In this document: piece by piece, positions 49,901-60,000 of the stretch
Layout: each line of letters starts with the position of its first letter
How positions within the stretch are numbered: the first letter of the stretch is position 1
Source of the DNA: Mustelus asterias
Lineage: Eukaryota
Direction of reading: 5' to 3'
Length of the DNA: 64,000 nt
Assembly: GCF_964213995.1 (NCBI RefSeq)
Contig: NC_135809.1
Location: 38,440,001-38,504,000, forward strand
Made by a program: the position numbers and the translations under genes
The notes under the pieces: generated by a model
Told to the model about the DNA's origin: nothing
The model's input: the letters and a program-made list of their open reading frames with translations, nothing else
Databases searched by the model: none

Positions 49901-52273
49901 CACGGGGAGGATGTGCAAACTCCACACAGACAGTGACCCGAAACCGGAATTGAACCCGGATCCCTGGCACTGTGAGGCAGCAGTGCTAACCACTGTGCCA
50001 CCGTGCCTCCCAGTCAGTAATATTTGTGTAGTTGGAGAATAATTTACCATGAGATGTTCATAAGAAGACTTCACATTTATTAACATACAAAGAACAGTAC
50101 AGCACAGGAAACAGGCCCTTCGGCCCTCGAAGCCTGTGCCGCTCATTGGTCCAACTAGACCATTCGTTTGTATCCCTCCATTCCCAGACTGCTCATGTGA
50201 CTATCCAGGTAAGTCTTAAACGATGCCAGCGTGTCTGCCTCCACCGCCCTACTTGACAGATCATTCCAGGCCCCCACCACTCTCTGTGTAAAAAAACGTC
50301 CCTCTGATATCTGAGTTATACCTCGCCTCTCTCACCTTGAGCCCGTGACCCCTCGTGATCATCACCTCCGACCTGGGAAAAAGCTTCCCACTGTTCACCC
50401 TATCTATACCCTTCATAATTTTGTACACCCCTATTAGGTCTCCCCTCATTCTCCATCTTTCCAGGGAGAACAAGCCCAGTTTACCCAATCTCTCCTCATA
50501 GCTAAGACCCTCCATACCAGGCAACATCCTGGTAAACCTTCTCTGCACTCTCTCTAACGCCTCCACGTCCTTCTGGTAGTGCGGCGACCAGAACTGGACG
50601 CAGTACTCCAAATGTGGCCTAACCAGCGTTCTATACAGCTGCAACATCAACTGCTTCAAAATGTTGCAAACCGACTCGCCTAGATTTTAAATAATTATTT
50701 TCCTTCAGTATTTACCAAGGAGATAGAACAGGTGGACATGACATTGAATGCTGAGATGAGTAATGAGATGAATGCATTTAAAATTAAGCAGCTCAGATTG
50801 TTGGGCCGAGCACTCAACCCTGAAGATCTCCTGCAGTGATACTCTGGATTGAAATATTGGCCTCCAACAACCACCTTTTTCTGTGCACGGTCTGACTCCA
50901 ATCAGAGAAATGTTCCACCCCCGCCTGATTCCCATTGACTTTAATCTTGCTAGGGCTGCTCGATGTCACACACTGTCAAATGCTGCCTTAATGTTGAGGA
51001 CAGCTCTTTTGTCCATGTTGGGACTGAGGCTGTAAAGAGGTAATGCCAGAAACGCGTGGGATACATATCAGGAAAGGATTACAGGCTGGGTATCTTTTCT
51101 CTTGAAAAAATGCTGAAGGGTGATCTGGTTTTAAAATCATCTATTATGAATAGTTTTAATAGAGTGGATACAGAGAGCGATGTAGAGACAATGTTTCCTC
51201 TTGTAGGGACAAGCATATCTCGAGTATATCAATACCAGATAGTCACAAGTAGAACTTGCTACCACAGGAACTGGCTGAAGGGAATAGTATAGATGGACTT
51301 GAGGGAGATGGCAGATTAAATGAAAAAAATGGGGGAATGGCCTGTTTCTCTACTTTTTTATCTTGTGTAATGTAATTCTGTTTGTCCCACAAGTAGCAAT
51401 GAGATGAACAGATAATGTTTTTGATGTTGCTAGAAGACTCTTGCTCTTCCTTGAGTAGTACCATGAATTATTTCTTCATGTGAGCTGAACATGCAGACTT
51501 GGTTTAATGTGTCATCCAAAAGACACTGGTTGTGACTAAGAGACGTTCTTTCAGTGCTGCACAGAAATGTCAATCTAGATTATATGCTCATGCCACTGGA
51601 ATGCGGCTTGAACACACACTAAGGCAAAAATACTGTCACTGAGCCCAGACACCTGCACTAGGATCACCTCAAAAGGATTAAAATCAGTGTCAACTGGTTT
51701 CTTGACAGGGGTAGGTAGACCAGCCCCAAACGTAATGACAGAATTACTGCTCACTCATGCAAGTTGCTATAGATTCCAATCATGGGGAAAACTCTACAAG
51801 TAGGTTAGCTTAAATAATATTGTTAATGGGTATTTCAGGTCATCATTGAAGATTAGAGGTGGAGGATCTTTGATTTTACATATAATCATATATGGTATCT
51901 ACTAAAAATAAAGAGTGCAAATTAAAAAGCATCCTTTTTAAAGAATTGTTTTTATACGTTTTTGTGCAGAGAACGACAAATCAAGTGTCCAAATTGTGAC
52001 AAGCTCTTCTGGAGGACAACTCACTTAAAGAAACATCTCAACTCACACGAAGGAAGAAGGGATTTCATCTGTGAGAAGTGCTCAAAAGCATACTTGACAA
52101 AATATCACTTGACTAGACATTTAAAGATTTGTAAAGGCTCCAAGACATGCCTACCTATGCAAGATCTGGAGGAAGAGGAAGTAGATAGTGAGGATGAAGA
52201 ACTGTTGCAATCTAGTGCTGGGACTTGCCAGTTGAACAATGAAGACTACACCACAGAAGACAGTGCTCAGTAG
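25820..52273 (+). CDS. PRDM4: PR domain zinc finger protein 4, spliced CDS 2337 nt (778 aa)
   Basis: join(25820..25949,28781..28966,31426..32223,33769..33918,34559..34677,37099..37184,42265..42392,44107..44373,48231..48399,51970..52273). All introns are GT-AG and phases match. The product has a zinc knuckle, PR/SET domain, C2H2 array and acidic tail like human PRDM4. Confidence 0.95.
27725..27790. mobile_element. 66-bp Penelope mini-insertion (inverted pLTR end + tail end)
   Basis: Exact 12-bp TSD TAGTCAATTTAG (27713-27724 / 27791-27802). Confidence 0.75.
28781..28966 (+). CDS. PRDM4: PRDM4 coding exon 2
   Basis: [25 protein letters not shown]...[18 protein letters not shown], bounded by ag|...|gtaagt. 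Confidence 0.95.
29040..29926. mobile_element. GC-rich non-autonomous TIR element (Harbinger/MITE-like)
   Basis: Starts 'ggggtgattctc' and ends 'gggagaat' (partial inverted terminus). C-rich interior with a poly-C tract. Confidence 0.5.
30063..30366 (-). mobile_element. HE1-like V-SINE with alternative 3' tail
   Basis: V-SINE head and central domain. Its tail 'gcagtgttaatgtaagcctacttgtgactaataaataaacttt' differs from the CR1-like tail of other copies. Confidence 0.8.
30414..30645. repeat. 30-bp minisatellite (TGTGTCCGTGCTGCCTCCATATTCCCGTCT) x~8
   Basis: Directly visible. The 3' copies are identical and the 5' copies diverged. Confidence 0.95.
31426..32223 (+). CDS. PRDM4: PRDM4 coding exon 3 (798 nt)
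   Basis: [16 protein letters not shown]...[19 protein letters not shown], bounded by tgcag|...|gtaagt. Confidence 0.96.
33145..33456 (-). mobile_element. CR1 LINE 3' end
   Basis: TRGHNLRLK...[22 protein letters not shown]...DRFL plus CR1 3' UTR. Confidence 0.85.
33769..33918 (+). CDS. PRDM4: PRDM4 coding exon 4 (zinc knuckle)
   Basis: [50 protein letters not shown]. Confidence 0.95.
34559..34677 (+). CDS. PRDM4: PRDM4 coding exon 5 (PR domain)
   Basis: [40 protein letters not shown], 119 nt. Confidence 0.95.
34874..35170 (+). mobile_element. HE1-like V-SINE with alternative 3' tail
   Basis: Same subfamily as 30063-30366. Confidence 0.8.
35660..36860 (+). mobile_element. Rex1/Babar-clade LINE internal fragment (degraded)
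   Basis: [16 protein letters not shown]...[10 protein letters not shown]...FPNQKPW, then [39 protein letters not shown], with frameshifts and stops. Confidence 0.8.
37099..37184 (+). CDS. PRDM4: PRDM4 coding exon 6 (PR domain)
   Basis: [29 protein letters not shown], 86 nt, bounded by tctag|...|gtgagt. Confidence 0.95.
37680..37990 (-). mobile_element. SacSINE1/DeuSINE-like SINE
   Basis: Minus-strand head 'ggctcagttgatagcactctcacctctgagtcac...ggttcaaa' and the Deu-like core shared with 9050-9565. Confidence 0.65.
39329..40473. mobile_element. Non-autonomous TIR element (Harbinger-like) with perfect 14-bp TIRs
   Basis: AGGGCAGAATTCTC (39329-39342) and GAGAATTCTGCCCT (40460-40473). No clean TSD seen. 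Confidence 0.65.
40556..41029. mobile_element. Penelope pLTR fold-back with two hammerhead motifs (40652-40696 minus; 40928-40972 plus)
   Basis: Inverted arms, with the tail on the left arm. TSD GTATCCTTCAGT / GTATCCTTTAGT (40544-40555 / 41030-41041). Confidence 0.85.
41420..41960 (-). mobile_element. CR1 LINE 3' remnant
   Basis: 'cataagaaataggagcagg' 3' end and decayed ORF2 C-terminus. Confidence 0.7.
42265..42392 (+). CDS. PRDM4: PRDM4 coding exon 7 (end of PR domain)
   Basis: [42 protein letters not shown]. Confidence 0.95.
43300..44010 (+). mobile_element. CR1 LINE 3' remnant
   Basis: [26 protein letters not shown] and 3' end 'ggccaaatggcctactgctgct'. Confidence 0.75.
44107..44373 (+). 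CDS. PRDM4: PRDM4 coding exon 8 (zinc fingers)
   Basis: [15 protein letters not shown]...[11 protein letters not shown]...[24 protein letters not shown]. Confidence 0.95.
45035..45895 (-). mobile_element. CR1-group LINE 3' portion (same family as 12275-13230)
   Basis: Reverse-complement similarity to 12275-13230. Confidence 0.75.
46246..47893 (-). mobile_element. Young, 5'-truncated CR1 LINE (ORF2 RT), antisense in a PRDM4 intron
   Basis: KSPGPD...NYRPVSLTS...QHGF...DFSKAFDKV (47237-47875 frame), then [10 protein letters not shown]...KFADDTK (46321-47340 frame). One frameshift near 47290 and an intact CR1 3' end. Confidence 0.95.
48231..48399 (+). CDS. PRDM4: PRDM4 coding exon 9 (zinc fingers)
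   Basis: [56 protein letters not shown]. Confidence 0.95.
49692..50011 (-). mobile_element. HE1-like V-SINE
   Basis: Full head, central domain and CR1-like tail. Confidence 0.85.
50085..50655 (-). mobile_element. CR1 LINE 3' fragment
   Basis: [41 protein letters not shown]...RGHGLKV. Confidence 0.9.
51970..52273 (+). CDS. PRDM4: PRDM4 last coding exon
   Basis: [13 protein letters not shown]...[21 protein letters not shown] plus an acidic tail, stop TAG at 52271-52273. Confidence 0.95.
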
Positions 52274-53372
52274 TAGTAATTGCAAGGTACTTCAGTGGTT
52301 GTGTAATAAGAGCAAAGCACATGGGGCTGAAAACTTGAGCAAGAACTTGTTCATGGACCAAATGCAGTTTTCATCGTCTCAAAGTTAATGGGTGCCATCT
52401 GAAAGGTTACAGAATTGTAAATGATTGGCATTAAGAGTCTGAAGTCCATCTTCCCTGAACTAAAAAGTGCACCTAATGCAGAACTGAAGACAGTGCAGCA
52501 TGAAGCAAGAGTGGATGAGCAGAGCAGCAATGTAGCAGTAAAGTTTGTATCAAGCAGTCTGTTACTGCTGAATATGAAACAGATTATAAATGGTCAGATT
52601 CTAAAATAAGTTCTCAAACAAGGTCAATCCTTTGATTATGTATATGTATCCAGATGAGTGTCTTCTCATTTCTATATAGAATCATTGAAACATTTTTGAG
52701 ATTGACCAGTAAGATTACTGCCCTGAGCGAGCCCACAGATGCCAGCTTTCAAGATATTTTGCAATCTCTGCCACATGGACAAAAAGAGTAGTTACTTGCT
52801 GTCCCGTGGTTATTGCTGCTATGGGATTTGGAGCATAGCTCCTTGCAGCCCATTAATGGTGATATCAAGGATAAATGAAGGGCTTGGTTAACATGCAAAA
52901 TAAATCGAAGAACTTAGAACATTGCTTCAAGGTATTAAGTATAAAAGCTGAAAGTTCATGATTGTATATTCAAGTTAAATCAGCACAATTTACTGTTTTA
53001 CTCTGGACTACTTAGTCCAGAGTGACCAGCCCAGTGGAGGACAAACATGTGCCTATTGATTACCAGCATCACAGTCGATATCTTGTATAGGAGCTGATTC
53101 TCTGTCTTAACATTTTAGAAATTAACTGTTCACTGTAAAAGAGCTTTCCATATGCACACTAGCTGATGATAAATATTACATGGCATGTGAAGCAGTCCCA
53201 CACTTTTCTAACTGTAACTGAACAGTGAGAAGCTTCAGGAGATTGTAAATCTCAATTTGTGGAGCTGCCTCATAACTATTTAGTTCTTGTGACTCTATAT
53301 GGCTTAAGACAAAATGCATGCTTATCAGCAGATAGATGGTGGATGGGCAGGTAAGAAGGTTGTTAGCCAAAA

Positions 53373-53606
53373 GAGAAAACACTGGAAAATCTCAACAGGT
53401 CTGGCGGCATCTGTAAGGAGAGAAAAGAGTTGACGTTTCGAGTCCAGATGACCCTTTGTCAAAGCTACCTAATCCTAACTTTGACAAAGGGTATCTGGAC
53501 TCGCAACATCAGCTCTTTTCTCTCCTTACAGATGCTGCCAGACCTGCTGAGATTTTCCAGCATTTTCTCAGATTCCAGCATCCTCAGTAATTTGCTTTTA
53601 TCCAGA
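53373..53606. mobile_element. Family-B fold-back element (Penelope-like) with decayed hammerhead motifs
   Basis: Inverted arms ~53374-53465 / 53478-53569. The minus strand reads agct-TTGACAA-a-GGGTC atctg GACTC-GAAACGTC-aact. TSD TTGTTAGCCAAAA (53360-72 / 53607-19). Confidence 0.7.
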
Positions 53607-55223
53607 TTGTTAGCCAAAATGGACATTATAGCCTGTGCATTTGTGTAATATATTGTAAATTTTTCTGTAATATATTTTCCTTTATGCTCCATTCAAACTA
53701 ATATAAAATGTGAATTGGAATGCAGCATCATTTTTATGTTAAAGGCAAAATAAATAATCTTGTTTCAACATTTTGCCTTACAAAACTGATCTACAAAAAA
53801 GCCAAATAAACCAGTTTTTGGTACCAGAAGTCCTTTTTTCTTGGTACTTCTTCCAAAACCAGCTGTTCAACCAAAGTTGCTAATCATGTGGGGAACCATG
53901 CAGACTGTGAGTCTATGTAGGCTGAACTGTCATACAAATCCTTTTAGCAGTGGGCTTTATACAATTATACTTGTGTGAAATATGTTGATTGCTCCCAAAG
54001 AGTTCACAGCTAAGTGTTCCATTCAAAATCCATAATAATGGCGAAGTTTAGCCTTTAAGTGAAAATGTAATGGGGACAAGTGGTTATTCTCCAGTTGTAT
54101 ATTTTGCTAAACTGAAATGCTTTAGGTGACCCGGAAAAGTATCCAAGCCTGATGCACTGGAAGATATTTTATCCTGCAGAAATATTTTTTAGCAATTGGG
54201 ATAGTTTGGGAGGAAATGTCTCCTCTGGATTCCAACTTAAGCCTTATTGATGGAAAGCCCCTTTGGGTAACTGTGATCATTTCTGGAGAGTACAAGATCA
54301 GGGCACTAAATTGTAATGTCTAAGATCACGTGATGTCTATAATTGGAACTCGAAGTACAGATCACATCCCTTTAAGCAGGTGTATTCCTGCAAACATGAT
54401 GGTTGGTGTAAGAGCTGTCAAGACTTGCAGACCAGACCTCCTGTCCAGCTGGCTGGTATCCTCAGGTTACCAGGCTACCCACCAACCTGAGTTGGTGGGT
54501 AGCTTGGCCTATGACAGCAAGACGACCAGGATCAACCTCAGCATTGGGAGCAAGTAAAGTGGCCAAAAAATAATTTAATAAAGCACTCCTTTCACAGCCT
54601 CCCACTACCTGCGAAAGGGCTGCAGAGAGATTTATCAAGTTTATTTAACTGAGCACTTGCCTTGCAGTGTTGAGCAGGTCTTTGCTCAGCAATCACCATT
54701 TTCTGTTCCCTGTCATCAGATGAGTGATTTTCTCTCTCTTGGCCTAGTAAGTGCTCCTGAATTCTTATCACATTAATACTGCTATGACATGGGGTTCAGG
54801 TGATTTCTAAACGATTACCTCTTTTTGGCCAATATGAAACAACTGCCCTTTTCAAACAGGTGATTAAAGTGATTGGGCTTGTATTCAGATAGTTACAATA
54901 CTGAAGGTGAGTTTGACATTCAGGGCAGTAAGATTTATTCTGTATGCAAGTGCTTCTTGAAGGACATATTTTCAAATTGCTTTCCACATTCAGGCATTTT
55001 AGTTTACTCCCTCCCCCCACTTATTTAAAAACTGTTACCTAGTTTTACTACTATTCTTAAAGCCATACCCATAACCAATACGGCATTAATTACCATAATC
55101 TGAGTTCATATTAAAGTATTAATGCAGTTCCAGTTGTTTACAAATTAAATGAACTCCTAGCTACCTAATTACATGAGCAGTTATTTTCTTATGTTAGGTT
55201 AATTGAAAATATTCACTCTAGTA

Positions 55224-55460
55224 ATAAAGGTAAAGTCACATAGTCCCAGATGGCTGGAGGCTGCTCTCCCCTTTTAAGGGGGAAAGAAGTGACTGGTGGT
55301 GATTATAACCAGAGGATCACCCCATGTCAGGTGAAAGGCAAGGTTTGAGAAGGCGGGCCTTCATGAATAACCTCAGCTGGTACAGGAAATGAACCCATGC
55401 TGGTGGTCTTGCTCTGCATCACAAACCAGCTGCCCAGCCAACTGAGCTAAACCAGCTCCC
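55224..55460 (-). mobile_element. tRNA-derived SINE (distinct family)
   Basis: Minus-strand head 'ggtttagctcagttgg...gggttcatttcc' and a 'gactttaccttta' tail. Confidence 0.6.
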
Positions 55461-55734
55461 AAGACAGTTATGCAATTGGTGTATGCTTTACCAAGTAATA
55501 GTTCTAGTTAAGTGAATTCCTACTCTTAATGGCCAGAGGTATAGAATAAATCACTAGGGAGAGCGCTAAACAAGTTTCCAATTGCATCTCCTGCTGCCCC
55601 CACATCCAGACCAAAAACAAAGAATTAACCAAAGTAATTATCAGAGAGCACTAATTTTGACATAGGACTGCTTTGTACAGTGCCAAAATCACAACTAAAA
55701 ATCCCAAGGAAAGAAATTGCATAAAGGATGACTG

Positions 55735-55829
55735 TCCAGGTCATATATATTTATTCCAATTTATTTTACAATAAGGTGGTTTCTCCAAGTGTCAGATAAA
55801 CTTCCCCAGAAATGTCCACAAAGGAAACA
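55735..55829 (-). other. NDUFB2: Probable non-coding terminal exon of NDUFB2 with polyA signals
   Basis: Acceptor 'tttttcttccacag' ending at 55830. AATAAA on the minus strand at 55760-65 and 55750-55. It pairs with donor ATG|GTAGGT at 56936/56935. Confidence 0.6.
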
Positions 55830-56232
55830 CTGTGGAAGAAAAATACAAACCAATGTTAAAGCATTCAAGTTTTATGAACTACAAATATTTACAAGAAAAA
55901 TCTACTGTTGCTTAATGGCTCAGCAGGTAAGTGACTGTTTAATGCAGTACTGGGACATACAGATCAGAAAGATTCATGGTTTGATTCCTACTGTGGCTAT
56001 TAGCTCAGTTCTACACTTTTGCTTGGTGGGGCAACTGGAAGGGAAAGAAACAAAGTAGATTGGCAGTGACTTTGCCCCTTGCTGGAACATGTTCATCTGA
56101 ATGCAGGGTGAGGACAGGATCAAACTTCATGGTGGGCTCATCACAATTAAATAGTCTTCTGGCACTCAGACAGGAAGAATGGTCTTGCAGAACTGACTCC
56201 CAGGGAAACAAACCCCTGCATCAGTTATCACC

Positions 56233-56449
56233 ATAAGAAGTCTCACAACACCAGGTTAAAGTCCAACAGGTTTATTTGGTAGCAAAAGCCACTAGCTTCC
56301 GGAGCACTGCTCTTTCGTCAGGCAAGTGGGAGTTCTGTTCACAAACAGGGCATACAGAGACACAAACTCAATTTACAAAATAATGGTTGGAATGCAAGTC
56401 TTTACAGGTAATCAAGTCTTAAAGTTACAGACAACATGAGTGGACAATG
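56233..56449 (-). mobile_element. Penelope pLTR fragment (hammerhead core mutated GAAA>GGAA)
   Basis: Family-A sequence with exact 12-bp TSD TCAGTTATCACC (56221-32 / 56450-61). Confidence 0.8.
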
Positions 56450-56958
56450 TCAGTTATCACCGACAGGATACAGAACAAAATAATTCGGATAAAAATCTAC
56501 AGTAGTGACTTATGAGTCTCAACCTCCTAGAAATAACAACACACAAGGCCAATTTCCAAGATAATATTGACATTAAGGGAAAGCAGGTGACTAATTTATT
56601 GAATAGTGGAAGACTATCTGACAAAACAGCATGATTTGGCTTAGACATGACAAAGGATCCACACATGCTCCTGCGTGGAAGTATCTGTGCTTGTCATTAA
56701 GGGCAATGGTTCCAGCATATGATTACTCTGGTCAGCAAGGGCTCTCTTGGAAGCTCCTAAAAATCTCTTGGCTTTTGGCCATCTGCCATAATACCACCTT
56801 ATGTGGCTTGGTATTAAATTTTGCTTTATAATATTCCTATGAAATTTTATGTTAAAGATACTATATAAACACAAGTTGTTGCAGCAGGTACTTTGCCAAC
56901 TCTGCAAGTACAGACTGTAGATCCATTATACCTACCATTTCAGGGAAGCAAGTTCAAG

Positions 56959-57033
56959 TTATTCTTCATCAATTGGAGGGATACCAAGCTCCTCATCAGT
57001 CCATTTGGAGGGATCAGGATAAGGAAAATGACC
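56959..57033 (-). CDS. NDUFB2: NDUFB2 exon 3 coding part
   Basis: [24 protein letters not shown]. Confidence 0.95.
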   Translation of the reverse strand, partial: GHFPYPDPSKWTDEELGIPPIDEE

Positions 57034-60000
57034 CTGTTATAAAATATTAGTTGTTAATAAATGGAGCAGGATGTAATAGCTTAAACACAATCTTCCCTTG
57101 AAATCAATAATATATCCAGAATGCAAGGGTAGATTTTTGTTACAGCTTGTTTACTTCTGCTGTAATCATGGACAAATAATTAAAGATTAACAGGAAACAA
57201 AAATAAACAAACTCTGAAAATGTAAGCTTTTTTGTAGTCTTTTAAAACAAACAACAGGAATATTTTGCTCTCTAGAAACAGGCAATGGTAACTGTGTACT
57301 TTTATTTATGTGCACATTAATTACTTTATATGGATCAAAAACAGAAAATGCTGGATAATCTCAGCAGATCTGACAGCATCTGTGGAAAGAGATCAGAGCA
57401 AAGAGTCATCCAGACCTGAAACATTAACTCTGTTTCTCTCTCCACAGATGCTGTCAGACCTGCTGAGATTTTCCAACATTTTCTGTTTTTGTTTGATTCC
57501 AGCAATTTGCTGGAATCAAACAAAAGTAATTTGCTTTTATTTTACTTTATATGGATGTGTTTATATTATTTCATAAAATGTAGAATCCATAGAATCCTAC
57601 AGTGCAGAAAGAGGCCATTGGGCCCATCGAGTCTGCACCAACCACAATCCCACCCAGGCCCTATCCACATATCCCTACATATTTATCCACTAACCCCTCT
57701 AACCTATGCATCCTGGGACACTAAGGGACAATTTAGAATGGCCAATCAACCTAGCCCGCACATCTTTGGACTGTGGGAGGAAACCCAGGCAGACACAGGA
57801 AGAATGTGCAAACTCCACACACACAGCGACCCGAGCCGGGATTCGAACCCAGCTCCCTGGAGATGTGAAGCAGCAGTGCTAACCACTGTGCTACCGTGCC
57901 ACCCATGTACAAATGTATTCAGTCAGAACTGAGGGAAGCTAACTGTTTTGTTTTAATTTTTATACCATTTTGTACAATGTATTTGTATTAACATTTACTC
58001 ACGGGATGAATTATGCTGAGGCCTCAGGTTTTACTTGTGCTGGGACATGTTACACATAATGAGACCAGCATGTACATTCATAGCACTGATCAGCTAACTT
58101 TGGCAGAGACCACTAACTCGTGTACAGTGCATGATCAGAGATCAGAATCAATTAGTGTCGGCCACCTCTGCAAGTGTGTTTAATTAACCAATGAACGTGA
58201 ATGGGTGTTCTCTGAAATAATGTATAATAATGACTAAGAAAGAGAACAATCATGTAAGACAGAGAAGGAACTCCTAATAAACTCGTACGATTGTACCAGA
58301 CCACGAGATGTCGGTGAATTCTTGAAACTAACAGAACTCTGCTTTCAACAGTCTCTACTTTTATCCCTTTAATAAGGCATGGAGGCATCTGTTCCTTTAT
58401 CTAAAGTAGTTTTGGCTATAATTTTGTGCCACTTGTTGAATGTGAGTTGTGTCAAGAAGTAGGATCAAATAGAATGTCAAGTCTACCAAATCTTCATAAA
58501 TTTCTATTAACTTCTGCATCATAATCCACCAGAATAAATACTACCACAATGAGAAAAGTTTATTGAACTCTACTGCGTGTGTCCTAGCTGGCACCAGGTC
58601 TTGTTTGCCCATCACTTCTGTGCATTCCGGCCTTCACTGGCTCCTGCTTCAACAATGCCTCAATTTGAAAACAATCATTTTTTTAAAAATTCCTTAATGA
58701 TCTAACGCCTCCCTATCACTAAGTTCTTCCAGCTTCACAAACCTCAGATCTGTGCGTTCCTCCAATTCTGGCCTTTTGCACCTTCCCAATTTTAACTTCC
58801 CAACTGGCGGCAGTGTCACCAGACCAAAGAATTGGATTTCCCTCTCCAAGTTCTCTCATTTTGGGACCCATCTTGTTGATCAAGCTTTTGATCATCTGTC
58901 CTAAGTCCTTACATGGTTCAGTGTCAAATGTTGTTTAATAGTTCTCCTGTGATTCACATGTTTTCCTGCAATAACGATGATATATAAATACAAGTTGTTG
59001 TTCGAAGTGAATAATATAGCACTGAAGATGACCTTGATAGTCCATCTATACTGCTGGTTCTTTTGAACAGCACTTCAGTTAGTCTCAATCTCCCACTCTT
59101 TCACATCCCTGCAATTCTTTTCTCTTTCGAGTCATTCTGACTAAATCTGTGCCCTCTTGTCATCAACCCTTCCGCAATAGGAAACAGATTCTCTTCATTT
59201 GCTCTTTCTAACCCCTCATGACTTTATACAGCTCTATCAAATTTCTTCTTAGCCTTCTTTGTTCTCAAAACAAAATACCCAGCTTCTCCAATTTATCCCT
59301 GTAACTGAAGTCCCTTATTCCTAGAACAAATTCAGGTAAAGCTCTTCTGTACCCTCTCCAAAACTTTAGTGTCCTTCATAAAATGTAATATACAGAATTG
59401 AATACAATACTTCAGCTGGGGGCTGAGTCAGTGTTTTATGTAGGTTTAGTCCAAGATCTGAAATGCTTTCTTAACTGTTTTGTTAACATTGAAGGTGGCA
59501 GGACACATTATATGCACCAACACCCCAAGGGTCTCTGTTTTGCACCCCTTTAAAACTTGTATTGTCACTCTAATATACAAATCAAAACTTCAACATAGTG
59601 TGGAAGAAAAAACAATCTCCAACTGAATAAGTAAGGAGCTCAGATGTCTTCCATTCGCTTTGAATGTCCTTAAATTGATAGAGTTACAGTACCAGTTAGA
59701 CATACAGTCTGGAATAACATTGAAGTACTAGAACTGGGAAAATAAATTTATTTTTACAGAACCATCCCTTAAACAATTGGCAAATTGATGGTGAATATTA
59801 AGAGCCAGGCAAGACTTCATTCTTTCCTAAGAGGTGAAGTGAAAATCATAACACTAGAAGTACTCACAAAGACTGCATCAGGATCATGCCATAGGTGCCA
59901 GAAAATCCAGAACCACATAAAAGCACTGAGAAACTCCGACTGCAGTACTTGATTCTTGGTCAGTTGTGGATACTGTCGATATTGAGGTTCAATGTGGGCC

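Noticed and set aside
55915-56190. Possible ancient (LF-SINE-like) SINE remnant
   Set aside because: Too degraded to assign without an alignment.
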